Source of the DNA: Psychrobacter sp. DM4
Lineage (GTDB): Bacteria > Pseudomonadota > Gammaproteobacteria > Pseudomonadales > Moraxellaceae
Assembly (NCBI RefSeq): GCF_051307035.1
Contig: NZ_CP195536.1
Location: 1,290,001-1,322,000 of the forward strand
Direction of reading: 5' to 3'
DNA: 32,000 nucleotides
Each line of letters begins with the position of its first letter. Position 1 is the stretch's first letter. Shown here one piece after another: positions 8,001-16,213 of this stretch. Made by a program: the position numbers and the translations under genes. Under the pieces are notes generated by a model. It was not told where the DNA came from. It made no database searches and saw only the letters and a program-made list of their open reading frames with translations.

Positions 8001-11000
8001 CACTGTCGGTGACGATATGCCAGTAATGATTGACGGTACAAACGGCACGGTCTCAGGTTTAAGTAATACAACCTTTGATGCTAGTGAGACGTATACCGGC
8101 GGCGTGGCAGCAACCCAAGAGCAACTCTCACAAGCCAATGCTGACATCAATACGACTATAGACCTCGGTCTAAACTTTGACGCTGACAGTGGTACTACCG
8201 TCAATCGGGAGCTGGGTCAAACCTTTAACATCAATGGCGACAGTACAAACATCAGCACCGTCACAACCGCGAACGGTGTCACCGTACAGATGAGTGACAC
8301 CCCCACCTTTACCAAAGTCACCCTAGTCGATGCGCCAACCGTAGGGACTGATGCGACCAATAAAACCTACGTCGATGGCTCGCGTACCCAAGTGACCTCG
8401 AACAACAACTCCATCAGCGTCAGCGAAACTGCCTCAGGCGATGCTCGCGTATTCGATCTTTCTGTAGACGCACAATCCCTCAGTGAGAGCGCCCAGTCAC
8501 CCGTTGTCTATACCGATACTACAGGCAACAAACTCTACAAGCAGACCGATGGTAGCTTCAACACTAGCCCTGATGGTAGTGGCACTCTTGTCACAGCACT
8601 CGACGTCATCGCCTCTATGCAATCTGCGAGTGGTAGCACCAGTACGCTAACCCGACTGAGCAACATTGCACCGGGTACTCTGGCAAGTGACAGCAGCGAT
8701 GCGGTTAACGGTAGCCAGTTGTATACCACCAACCAAAACGTCAGCACCAACGAAGGCAACATCACAACCAACCAAGACAACATCGCTAAGGGTATCAAGT
8801 TCAACGTCAATAGCTCCCTTCAAAAGACCTTTGATTTGGGTGAAGAGATTAAGCTGAATACAGACAGCAATCTAACTACGACATTGCTGTCAACCAATGA
8901 TGGTATCGAGCTTGGATTGGCTAACATCATCACTGTCGGTGACGATATGCCAGTAATGATCGACGGTACAAACGGTACGGTCTCAGGTTTGAGCAATACA
9001 ACCTTTGATGCTAGTGAGACGTATACCGGCGGCGTGGCAGCAACCCAAGAGCAACTCTTGGAGGTTAACAATAGTATCAATCAAACCGTCGATAGAGGTC
9101 TTGATTTCACAGGTGACAATACCCTAGTTACCGTCACTCGTAAAATGGGTGAAAAACTGACTATCAAAGGTGGAGAGGTTGATGCTAACAGACTTGCTTC
9201 TGATAACAACATCGGCGTCATCGCAAATGATACTGACAATTCACTAACAGTCAAACTTGCCAAAGATCTAACCGGTCTCAATAGTGCAAACTTTGGTAGT
9301 GGCGTAAGTATCTCAGCCAACGGTCTAAATAATGGTAGCAACAAAATAACCAACGTAGCAGATGGCTCAACGCCAAAAGATGCGGTGAATTTTGGCCAGT
9401 TGTCGGACACCAATACTAAAGTAGACACCAATACTTCTGACATTGAAACCAATACTACAGATATTGGTGTCAATACTGGGAATATTGCTAAAGGTATCAA
9501 AATTGGTGATGGAGACAGCACTAACGATCAGCAATTCGCCTTAGGTGATACTATCAACATTACAGGTGATAGTAACTTGACTACTACCGCTTCTGAAGAT
9601 GGCGTTCAGATTCAGCTAAACAACCAGCTAAACTTAGGTAACGACGGACGTATGCAGATTGGTAACAGTATCATAGATACTGACGGTTTCACCTTTGTCG
9701 GCAGTAATAGCAATCGCACGGTTAGGCTGAGCAGTATGGGTCTAGATAATGGCGGTAACGTGCTTAGTAATGTTGGTAGAGGAGTGGAGCTGACTGATGG
9801 CGTGAACGTAGGTCAACTACAAGAGGCAACCTTAGCAGGAAACACAGGATGGAGTTTGAGTGCTCAAAGAGATACGCCAACATCAGTTATCAATAGTAAT
9901 GTCGATATGAGTAATACCGACGGTAACATTAGCGTTACGCGAGGAGTCAACCCGCTGTCTAGAGCAATAGGCGGTAACGATCTTAGCTTCGATCTTAACT
10001 CAGATATCGTAGTTGATAGTTTAACGACAGGTCAAAGCATTGTGAGTGGCGACGGCTTTAGTATCGTGGGCGGGCCTAACATGACCCGCGATGGTATCAA
10101 TGCCGCTGATATGAAAGTTACCAATGTACAAAATGGTGAGGTGTCCTCAAGCTCTCAGGACGCCATAAACGGTAGTCAGATGTTCGCACAAGGCACGGGT
10201 ATCAGTAGTATTATTGGTGGTAGCACTGTCTACAATGCTGAAGACGGTAGTTTTACTAACAGCAATATAGGCGGTACAGGCGAAAGTAGCATTGATGGCG
10301 CAATTGCTTCTATCAAACAAGGCGAGATCGTCATTAATGAAAACATCGCAACCAATACAACAAACATCGAAACCAATACGACCAATATTGCAACGAACAC
10401 GACCAGTATTGGAACCAATACTACAAATATCGTTACTAATACAACCAACATTGCAGAGAATAAAGACAAGCTCGACGCAGGTCTGAACTTCGGTGCTGAC
10501 AGTGGCGATGTTATTAACAAACCTATTGGTGACAATAGCGTACTTAGTTTTACGGGCAGTGAAAATATTACCACTACAGCTGATGGCAGTAGCATCAAGT
10601 TTGATCTAAACGGTAATATTAGTGTTGATAGTATCGCCGCAGGTTCCACAGTGATAAACAGCAGTGGTATCTCGATGCAAGGTGGACCTAGTATGACAGG
10701 TCAGGGTATAAATGCTGGCGATCAACGTATTACTGGTGTCGCAGATGGTATAGAAGCAACAGATGCGGTGAATTACGGTCAATTGAGTGCGCTAGATAAT
10801 AGACTTAATAGCAATATGAGCGACTTGGGGTATAAGATTGATGAAGTTGAAGATGACGCTAATGCAGGTATTTCAGCAGCAATGGCAATGTCTTCGCTAC
10901 CTCAAGCATATATCATCGGTAAGTCTATGGTAGGCGGTGGTATCGCTACTTACAATGGTGAAAGCGCAGTAGCTATCGGGGTCTCTAAGCTATCGGGCGA

Positions 11001-11088
11001 CGGTCGCTGGGTTATTAAAGTAAATGGCACAGCAGATACTCAAGGTAATGTAGGTGGCGCTGTCGGTGCAGGTTTCCATTTTGACTAA
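5053..11088 (+). CDS. Trimeric autotransporter adhesin (YadA/Hia/Ata class), 2011 aa
   Basis: The N-terminus has an extended signal peptide region (MNRNFKVIWNEALGCFTAVAEYAKARGKS). YadA-like head repeats are present (NAMAMGRNARAIGSQTIAIGSASSG..SIAIGANVVSIGASSIAIGG). Neck motifs recur (DAVNVRQL, DAVNVAQL, DAVNGSQLY x3, DAVNFGQL, DAINGSQMF, DAVNYGQL). The C-terminal YadA-type membrane anchor reads AGISAAMAMSSLPQ...GRWVIKVNGTADTQGNVGGAVGAGFHFD. The Shine-Dalgarno sequence AGGGAG lies 8 nt upstream. Confidence 0.95.
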   Translation: MNRNFKVIWNEALGCFTAVAEYAKARGKSSKSSVSANASINTSTSLSAVNTLRLSAIGLGLLAAGLTIPAAANGYYYYYPSGMSFAGDEVTPKVYINTTYRNQTLKVQGGETVTGDPNTKNISVAASNTDRSLTVKLDEDIDLGADGSLNTGDTLIDSSGIMVSAIDPNNNVTLSNTGLNNGNNRISNVEDGIDPKDAVNVRQLDSSIAENKVKYYSVNSDGGANELNEGATGQNAMAMGRNARAIGSQTIAIGSASSGQNTIAKGAQSIAIGANVVSIGASSIAIGGDDLDLASKYNVDGSDIDDALNSGTVNTVFNEYAGRDLLDPNDSYAGHTQALGAASIAMGAKSRSDGHLATAIGIHSSASGTASSAFGIAATASEKGASALGAGANASVMDGVALGSKSVANIAGGVGTEGFVPTGATLADQNSIASTRSESLGAVSVGNDTDGNRQIVKVAAGKNDSDAVNVAQLRGLSNVVDLGLNFDADSGTTVNRELGQTFNINGDSTNISTVTTANGVTVQMSDTPTFTKVTLVDAPTVGTDATNKTYVDGSRTQVTSNNNSISVSETASGDASVFDLSVDAQSLSESAQSPVVYTDATGNRLYKQTDGSFNTSPDGSGDLVTALDVIASMQSATGSTSTPTTLSNIAPGTLASDSTDAVNGSQLYTTNQNVSTNEGNITTNRDNIAKGIKFNVNDSLQKTFDLGEEIKLNTDSNLTTTPLSTNDGIELGLAPNLTGLNSADFGGVNISTEGIDLNNNQITGLASAGDITLGANERNAVNAGDLNNAVGGVTSLGFALRAADNNEVQRNLGDAVDIVGSNNNITTQVVDDKIAIKLNNNLNLGALGTVKTGGNVILNTVVTPLGVVVTGLNPLNPVTLTAAGLNNAGKKIINVKDGAVTSSSSDAVNGSQLYDTNQNVTINEGNITTNQDNIAKGIKFNVNSALQKTFDLGEEIKLNTDDNLTTTLLSTNDGIELGLADVITVGDDMPVMIDGTNGTVSGLSNTTFDASETYTGGVAATQEQLSQANADINTTIDLGLNFDADSGTTVNRELGQTFNINGDSTNISTVTTANGVTVQMSDTPTFTKVTLVDAPTVGTDATNKTYVDGSRTQVTSNNNSISVSETASGDARVFDLSVDAQSLSESAQSPVVYTDTTGNKLYKQTDGSFNTSPDGSGTLVTALDVIASMQSASGSTSTLTRLSNIAPGTLASDSSDAVNGSQLYTTNQNVSTNEGNITTNQDNIAKGIKFNVNSSLQKTFDLGEEIKLNTDSNLTTTLLSTNDGIELGLANIITVGDDMPVMIDGTNGTVSGLSNTTFDASETYTGGVAATQEQLLEVNNSINQTVDRGLDFTGDNTLVTVTRKMGEKLTIKGGEVDANRLASDNNIGVIANDTDNSLTVKLAKDLTGLNSANFGSGVSISANGLNNGSNKITNVADGSTPKDAVNFGQLSDTNTKVDTNTSDIETNTTDIGVNTGNIAKGIKIGDGDSTNDQQFALGDTINITGDSNLTTTASEDGVQIQLNNQLNLGNDGRMQIGNSIIDTDGFTFVGSNSNRTVRLSSMGLDNGGNVLSNVGRGVELTDGVNVGQLQEATLAGNTGWSLSAQRDTPTSVINSNVDMSNTDGNISVTRGVNPLSRAIGGNDLSFDLNSDIVVDSLTTGQSIVSGDGFSIVGGPNMTRDGINAADMKVTNVQNGEVSSSSQDAINGSQMFAQGTGISSIIGGSTVYNAEDGSFTNSNIGGTGESSIDGAIASIKQGEIVINENIATNTTNIETNTTNIATNTTSIGTNTTNIVTNTTNIAENKDKLDAGLNFGADSGDVINKPIGDNSVLSFTGSENITTTADGSSIKFDLNGNISVDSIAAGSTVINSSGISMQGGPSMTGQGINAGDQRITGVADGIEATDAVNYGQLSALDNRLNSNMSDLGYKIDEVEDDANAGISAAMAMSSLPQAYIIGKSMVGGGIATYNGESAVAIGVSKLSGDGRWVIKVNGTADTQGNVGGAVGAGFHFD
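6493..7254 (+). repeat. Adhesin internal repeat R1, copy a (762 bp)
   Basis: This copy matches 8161-8922 at an offset of exactly 1668 bp (556 codons). The supplied translation shows about 11 amino-acid differences over 254 residues. Confidence 0.9.
7762..8128 (+). repeat. Adhesin internal repeat R2, copy a (367 bp)
   Basis: This copy matches 8692-9058 at an offset of 930 bp (310 codons). Its first ~231 bp also match 7024-7254 at an offset of 738 bp (246 codons). Confidence 0.9.
8161..9058 (+). repeat. Adhesin internal repeats R1 copy b (8161-8922) and R2 copy b (8692-9058), which overlap
   Basis: The partner copies are described in the two preceding repeat features. All offsets are multiples of 3. 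Confidence 0.9.
10351..10455 (+). repeat. Five tandem 21-bp units encoding the heptads TNTTNIE/TNTTNIA/TNTTSIG/TNTTNIV/TNTTNIA (adhesin stalk)
   Basis: The units were read directly: accaatacaacaaacatcgaa, accaatacgaccaatattgca, acgaacacgaccagtattgga, accaatactacaaatatcgtt, actaatacaaccaacattgca. A shorter related run lies at about 9412-9480. Confidence 0.9.
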
Positions 11089-11121
11089 TGAGATAACGGT
11101 CTATTTCCTAATCCTTTAACT

Positions 11122-11152
11122 AAAAAACAAGGCACCAGATGCCTTGTTTTTT
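11122..11152 (+). terminator. Rho-independent terminator of the adhesin gene
   Basis: AAAAAACAAGGCA-CCAGA-TGCCTTGTTTTTT. The stem-loop and T-run lie 34 nt after the stop codon. Confidence 0.85.
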
Positions 11153-11266
11153 ATTGTTTTCTTAACTTAATTAACAACTATAATATGTAGTCGCAAATAC
11201 AAAAGAAGCCTCTAACGAGAGACTTTTAATCTTAGTAAAGAATAGTACTTCATTTTAAGAAGAAAT

Positions 11267-11512
11267 TTATAAGCCAACTTCTTCCTGCGCCAATTCAATG
11301 ATTTTGACGGGTACTGCAAAGAACCATTCCATACCATCTATGCAAAGAAACTTACCATTTTTAAAAGATACAATATGAGTAGTAAAATCATTGCTAACGT
11401 GATCTCTCATAGCTTGTTCGTCACTAGTATCATCAACCGCGCACCATACTTCATGATCACCACGTCTTAGCATGGCACGGGTCAACGCGCTGCCCGTCAT
11501 TTTGTCATCCAC
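11267..11512 (-). CDS. Hypothetical small protein (81 aa); no family recognised
   Basis: A GTG start is preceded by the strong Shine-Dalgarno sequence AGAGGAGG with 5-nt spacing. No signal peptide or transmembrane segment is evident. A weak hairpin lies downstream at 11206-11225. Confidence 0.55.
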   Translation of the reverse strand: MDDKMTGSALTRAMLRRGDHEVWCAVDDTSDEQAMRDHVSNDFTTHIVSFKNGKFLCIDGMEWFFAVPVKIIELAQEEVGL

Positions 11513-11839
11513 AACCGCCTCCTCTAAAACTTTCTCTACTAGTATCGAAATCTAAAAAACAGGACAGGATTAAATCCATTAGACACAACTACAACAGTAT
11601 AGATGAAATAGGGTATCATTTACAAATATTGATTCGCTATTAATGAATAGCAACAAAAATACGCAATTGCAGTTTTAAAAATCTATTCATCCGATCCCAA
11701 ATAAACGCACAATAACACTAGCGATAGCGTAATAGATGTAGATGAATGCAATGCACTAAAGTCCCGCCTCTAAAGTGAAGATTCCCTAGTGCACTATTGG
11801 AGTTGATGCAAGCCCTGTGTTTCTCCAAATAAAAACGAC

Positions 11840-13021
11840 TTAAACTCTAAACATAGCAGCTGTAGGTTTTAAACCAACGTAAGCCATACCTGCTTGAGTC
11901 AGCCAATGAGGCTGAATAATGCCATGTTGCAAAATGGCATGAACATCTCGATGCGCTCTCTCTATTCTATGTTTTTTGTACAAAGAGGCGGTACCTGCTG
12001 CCGCATAAATCTCAGAAACCATGGTACGAGCATCTGTAGCTGCCGAGCAAGATGCAGCCCAAACATCTGCAAGCTGCTTATCAGAAAAGGTATTTTTATT
12101 GTTAGCCTCTATCCACAGGGTCTCAACGCTATTGTGTAGTTGCAAACGATTTGAGGCGAGTAGTGTCCTACTTTTGGCTATTGTTGACTGTACGGTTGCT
12201 CGATCACGCAGATCTGGGTTCTTGCCTGGTGTCACCTTTTCTAGACACAGATCTGTCAAATCATCGGTTGCAGCTTTTAGCACGCCTAATGCCATTGCTG
12301 CACAGCCCGCCGCATTTATACAGCCAATAGGCAAGCGATTGTAAGCGCTATCAACGACAACTGGACTATCGAAATCGACCGCATATTGAGACGTTACAAA
12401 TGCTTCTTTTACGACCACATCGTGACTGCCAGTACCCTTTAGACCACCAACATCCCAAGTATCTATGATTTCGACCTCTTTTTTTGGAATAAAGAATAAC
12501 TTTAGAGTCGTGCTAGGCCCTAATGTTTTTGGGGATTCTTCTGATAGCACCAAACATCGCAATACAAACCAATCTGCCAATTCGCAACCAGATACTAGAG
12601 TCCATCGACCAGATACCAGATACCCGTTAGGGACTATCTGCGCGGTACCTTCAGGACGTGCCGAGTTGGCATAGACGTGAGTGAAGTCCTTATAAACCTC
12701 TCTCATGCTGGTTTCGTCCAAGAAACGCCCAAAAGTACAAGCCAAATGATTGTTCCAAACTATCCAAGCTGCAGAAGCCTCTGCGCTTGCTAGATGTTCA
12801 TAGACTTTTAGGGTTTCTACTGGAGTGTCCTCCCAGCCGCCCAAAGATTTGGGCAAGCCCATTCGGAACAATCTCGTATCTGAGAGACTCTCAATGACAA
12901 CTGGTGCAATTTTTCTAAGGTATTCTGTCTCTTGTCTATGATAAAGCGCTAGATCACAGCAGTCTTGAACTGCATCGGACGGTAGTATGTCCTTGATCTC
13001 AATCTCAAGTAGATCACTCAT
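11840..13021 (-). CDS. Acyl-CoA dehydrogenase-fold protein, probably a group D flavin-dependent monooxygenase type
   Basis: The 393-aa ORF has an ACAD type 2 layout: N-terminal LFRMGLPKSLGG, a mid-region GYLVSGRWTLVSGC, and a C-terminal RIERAHRDVHAILQH in place of the ACAD YEGT motif. The Shine-Dalgarno sequence GAGGGA lies upstream. Confidence 0.7.
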   Translation of the reverse strand: MSDLLEIEIKDILPSDAVQDCCDLALYHRQETEYLRKIAPVVIESLSDTRLFRMGLPKSLGGWEDTPVETLKVYEHLASAEASAAWIVWNNHLACTFGRFLDETSMREVYKDFTHVYANSARPEGTAQIVPNGYLVSGRWTLVSGCELADWFVLRCLVLSEESPKTLGPSTTLKLFFIPKKEVEIIDTWDVGGLKGTGSHDVVVKEAFVTSQYAVDFDSPVVVDSAYNRLPIGCINAAGCAAMALGVLKAATDDLTDLCLEKVTPGKNPDLRDRATVQSTIAKSRTLLASNRLQLHNSVETLWIEANNKNTFSDKQLADVWAASCSAATDARTMVSEIYAAAGTASLYKKHRIERAHRDVHAILQHGIIQPHWLTQAGMAYVGLKPTAAMFRV

Positions 13022-13380
13022 TTTTTTGCATCCCTCATAATGACAAGCAGTATTTTTAATTCAAGTAAACACCTTGTAAGGCATACTCGAATAATACCCA
13101 ACATCAGACAGGTATACAATCATATATTGACATATATAAGAGTTTTAAATTTTTCTTAACAGTAATTTGACTACTATTCATACATACTAAAACTAAAATC
13201 AGTAGTAGCAACGTTAAATAGATGATTTGGGTACAAGAATGGGTGATAGAAGTTTGATTTTTAAGATAGAAAAGTGCTTTGATATAATAGGTATCGTATT
13301 CAGTATGATGATATAAGACAAAATATTTTGAGGAGCCGCTAGTAGGGCGATCACATTAAGAGGAGCCGCTGAGAATAAAA

Positions 13381-13425
13381 GTAGCTGTTAACTATGAAAT
13401 GATAAATTATATAGTTAGCAGCTGC
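13381..13425 (-). terminator. Candidate terminator downstream of the redoxin gene
   Basis: The 15-bp arms GTAGCTGTTAACTAT / ATAGTTAGCAGCTGC have two mismatches on the minus-strand RNA. They are followed on the minus strand by TTTTATTCT. Confidence 0.45.
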
Positions 13426-13442
13426 TATCTTATCAATGTCAC

Positions 13443-13982
13443 TTAACCATGGGTACCGCGGATAGGGTAGTCGTTTTCTCGGATAAAGGACAAGCCATTG
13501 GCAAGCGCTTCAAGCTCAGGTCTTGCAAAAGGAGCGTTTGAGATATCAATAATGTGAATCTCGCCTTTAGCATTAATTACAAATACACCTGGCTCAGCAA
13601 AGGGATGATCGGTTTCTTTTTCTGAACGCGGATCAGAGATATAAAGTCCTAACGTGTTCATCTGCTCAACGGTCAAGCCATAAGCCATCGGGAAGGTGAC
13701 ATCCTCTAGTTCTTCTAAATGCGCTTGCAACTGCTGTTTGCTATCGCCTGATATAGCAAGAATATCTACGCCTGCATCAGCAAATGATTCTTTTACAGTT
13801 TCTAACTGGTTAAGGTATTTGGTGCAGATTGGGCAATGTTTACCGCGATAGACCACTACTAGCTTCCAGTCATGACCGTTTTCAGGCTTACCTAATGTTG
13901 TCATGTCACCATTTAACATTTGTACCTGAATGTCAGGGAATTGACTGCCAGCCTGGAGTTTTTGAGGGTTATTTGATTGCAT
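13443..13982 (-). CDS. Peroxiredoxin-like / AhpC-TSA family thioredoxin-fold redoxin
   Basis: The 179-aa ORF has WKLVVVYRGKHCPICTKYL (a CPxC motif in the AhpC/TSA position). The Shine-Dalgarno sequence AAGGA lies 7 nt upstream. Confidence 0.78.
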   Translation of the reverse strand: MQSNNPQKLQAGSQFPDIQVQMLNGDMTTLGKPENGHDWKLVVVYRGKHCPICTKYLNQLETVKESFADAGVDILAISGDSKQQLQAHLEELEDVTFPMAYGLTVEQMNTLGLYISDPRSEKETDHPFAEPGVFVINAKGEIHIIDISNAPFARPELEALANGLSFIRENDYPIRGTHG

Positions 13983-14082
13983 ATTTTTATCCTTTAAAGT
14001 TTGTGTTGAAGTGATTTAAATTGAACAACTCATTAGTAGAGCAAGGAGTGTTTGCTGACGAACAAATTCGGCGTCAGTCTTT

Positions 14083-14778
14083 TTAAATTTGATACTTGTC
14101 GATAATCTGATCGCTAAGCGTGACCAGATCTGAAGCTGTAACGTCTGGGGTTGGTACATTAACTGCGGGTAACATAGCATTGTGAGGACGTGTGAGAAAC
14201 GCGCCTTGACAACCAGCTGCTTGCGCCCCAATCGTATCCCAAAGATGACAGGCGACAAGACATAAATCAGACGTTTCAACCGATAATGCTTTGGCGACCA
14301 TTTGATAAGTCTCGGGCGCAGGTTTGAACTTTTCTACTGTCTCAACGCTAAACGAGCGCTCAAAGAACGCGCTTAATCCCGCCTTTTCAAGTGGCGTTGG
14401 CGAAGCACTACTCGCGGAGTTAGTTAATGTCACCAGTCTGAATCCAGCATCACGTAGTTTGGTCAACGCTGGCATGGCATCAGGGTGAGCGGGCATCTCA
14501 CTCATAAGCTGCTTAAACTCGTTAATATCTTGGTCAGTCAGCGTAATCTTGTGAATATCAGCCGTCATCTTTAAGGCACCAACACCAAGCTCACCAAAAG
14601 GTGTATACAGACTAGATAAGGTCATAGCTTGCGAATAAAGCACCAATTGCGCGAACCATTCTCTTAATATGTTCTCGTCACCAAATAAGCGAGCAAACAA
14701 AGGCGCAAGTGTTTCGATATCGAGTAGAGTCTCATTAACATCAAACACGATAACTGAAGGTAACGGAGTAGAGGACAT
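14083..14778 (-). CDS. HAD-superfamily hydrolase, type II haloacid-dehalogenase-like
   Basis: HAD motif I is VIVFDVNETLLD. The protein also has VTLTNS, EKFKPAPETY and a C-terminal cap typical of type II dehalogenases. The track start at 14784 is TTG; the ATG at 14778 has the Shine-Dalgarno sequence AAGGA 6 nt upstream. Confidence 0.78.
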   Translation of the reverse strand: MSSTPLPSVIVFDVNETLLDIETLAPLFARLFGDENILREWFAQLVLYSQAMTLSSLYTPFGELGVGALKMTADIHKITLTDQDINEFKQLMSEMPAHPDAMPALTKLRDAGFRLVTLTNSASSASPTPLEKAGLSAFFERSFSVETVEKFKPAPETYQMVAKALSVETSDLCLVACHLWDTIGAQAAGCQGAFLTRPHNAMLPAVNVPTPDVTASDLVTLSDQIIDKYQI

Positions 14779-14876
14779 ATACAATCCTTCTTATCAAGGT
14801 GAGATAGTACGAATAAGAGTCAAGTTAGTAATTAGAGTCACAACTATTACGCTATTTGGTTTCACTCTAAACGATA

Positions 14877-14892
14877 TTGAGCGTTCATTCAA
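14877..14892. promoter_or_regulatory. Degenerate copy of the TTGAGY-N4-RCTCAA palindrome (S1)
   Basis: TTGAGCGTTCATTCAA. The right half matches the motif at 5 of 6 positions. The site lies 23 bp from S2, upstream of the HAD gene. Confidence 0.35.
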
Positions 14893-14899
14893 GATAAAT

Positions 14900-14915
14900 T
14901 TGAGCATTCACTCAA
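14900..14915. promoter_or_regulatory. Candidate TetR operator S2
   Basis: TTGAGCATTCACTCAA, 122-137 bp upstream of the HAD start codon. Confidence 0.55.
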
Positions 14916-15326
14916 TGTAAAAGGCTAAAAAAGGCATGCTATGGGACAGGACTCTTTTTTGCCACTCCTTTGATAAAAATAGACGCTTAGAAGACTTGTC
15001 TTACTGTTTTTACCTTACTATTTTTACCTTTGAGCCGTCTAAAAAATAGGCTCTGTTAGTGACATAATCGAATATCAAACACGCCCTAGTATCACTGTAG
15101 TATTTACCGTCTTATTATTTAAAGTACCTAAGGCCACTTCGCTTACCGCTGAAATAGTCTAAAAAACTGGGATCTTTGCTCTGTACTGACTACTTATATT
15201 CTAAGTACGTCTGAGCATTGGTAACGACGACCAGTACTCGTTTGACCCAACACAGCTAGCTAGAACCAATAGCCTAAGCATCTTTAATAAACTTTAACTG
15301 GACTGTTATAGCGAGTCAAGATAAAA

Positions 15327-15342
15327 TTGAGTAATCACTCAA
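15327..15342. promoter_or_regulatory. Candidate TetR operator S3 (autoregulatory position)
   Basis: TTGAGTAATCACTCAA, about 60 bp upstream of the TetR ATG at 15403. The flanking CAAGATAAA(A/T)TTGAG is shared with S2. Confidence 0.55.
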
Positions 15343-15402
15343 ATTGTACCGCTGTACTTGTCTCATTATTTGTGGTCACAGCTTTTAGCATCAGGATTTA
15401 CT

Positions 15403-16011
15403 ATGTCACGAACTACTTTATACAATCGTCATGAGGCGTTAGAGCGCGCTATAGCCCTATTCTGGCACAAAGGCTTCCATGCCACCTCGCTAAAGGATAT
15501 CGAACAAGCCTTAGATATGCGTCCGGGTAGCATTTACGCCGCTTTTGGCAATAAGGATGGCTTGTTTCAAGAAGCGCTGGATTATTATGCGCAGTCCTCA
15601 CTCAATGAGCTTGAACGTATACTCGCCACTCATCAGTCGCCTTTGTTAGGATTAGCCGCTTTTATGCGTCAGCTTGGCGGTATTCGTGACAAGGGATTAC
15701 CTAGTCGGGCTTGTATGCTGGTCAAAAGCTTACTAGAGCTTGGCGTACGCGAACAATTAGCCTTAGATAAGGTCGAAAAATTACTAGCGGGCATGGAGGC
15801 GCGTTTTGCCGAGTGTTTTGCTGAGGCGCAGCGATTAGAGGAGTTAGATGATACCCTTGATGCGACTAGGCTGGCGCGTCGATTACAGGCTGAGGTAATG
15901 GGTTTGCGTGCCTTCGCTCAGCGTGATGTTGAGAGTTCTGCGGTGCATGAGCTCGCTGAGGATATGGCATTATCTTTAGAGGCGCTGCAAATAGACGCTA
16001 ATAAGATATAG
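15403..16011 (+). CDS. TetR/AcrR-family transcriptional regulator
   Basis: The N-terminal helix-turn-helix reads ALERAIALFWHKGFHATSLKDIEQALDMRPGSIYAAFGNKDGLF. The track start at 15358 is TTG; the ATG at 15403 has AGGA upstream. Confidence 0.85.
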   Translation: MSRTTLYNRHEALERAIALFWHKGFHATSLKDIEQALDMRPGSIYAAFGNKDGLFQEALDYYAQSSLNELERILATHQSPLLGLAAFMRQLGGIRDKGLPSRACMLVKSLLELGVREQLALDKVEKLLAGMEARFAECFAEAQRLEELDDTLDATRLARRLQAEVMGLRAFAQRDVESSAVHELAEDMALSLEALQIDANKI

Positions 16012-16213
16012 ATATAGATAGAGTTAGACTCAATTAAAAAACCACGATTATTATGTCTACGAGTATACCCTCTAATCATCTAAGACAGTAAAGGCTAAGA
16101 GCAGCGTGACATTGATCATGGTCAACTCGCCATATAGTCTTAATAATAGCAGTCACTACCGTGAACTGTCGTAGTAATTTTCTAGTAGTGATCTGCTAAA
16201 GGACATCTGCGTT

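Noticed and set aside
6493-10455. Regularly spaced repeats could superficially suggest a CRISPR array or a satellite.
   Set aside because: The repeat units are hundreds of bp (or 21 bp) long, are in-frame, and encode adhesin domains. There is no short palindromic repeat with unique spacers and no cas gene.
5373-10649. About a dozen minus-strand and off-frame ORFs of 62-146 aa lie inside the adhesin gene (for example 6867-7142, 7533-7841, 8535-8810, 9081-9521 and 10230-10649).
   Set aside because: All are nested in the 2011-aa adhesin frame, which has clear family motifs from end to end. Their translations are low-complexity Leu/Ser/Val/Pro strings. Several are simply duplicated because the underlying DNA is repeated. 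They are antisense artefacts of stop-poor repetitive coding sequence.
13330-13370. The direct repeat GAGGAGCCGCT occurs twice, 30 bp apart (13330-13340 and 13360-13370), between the redoxin terminator and the ACAD-fold gene promoter region.
   Set aside because: There are only two copies, no following start codon despite the Shine-Dalgarno-like GAGGAG, and no dyad symmetry. It could be a regulator half-site pair, but the evidence is insufficient.
14016-14279. An 87-aa minus-strand ORF overlaps the 3' end of the HAD gene.
   Set aside because: It is out of frame with, and largely contained in, the well-supported HAD hydrolase gene. It has no ribosome-binding site or recognisable motif.
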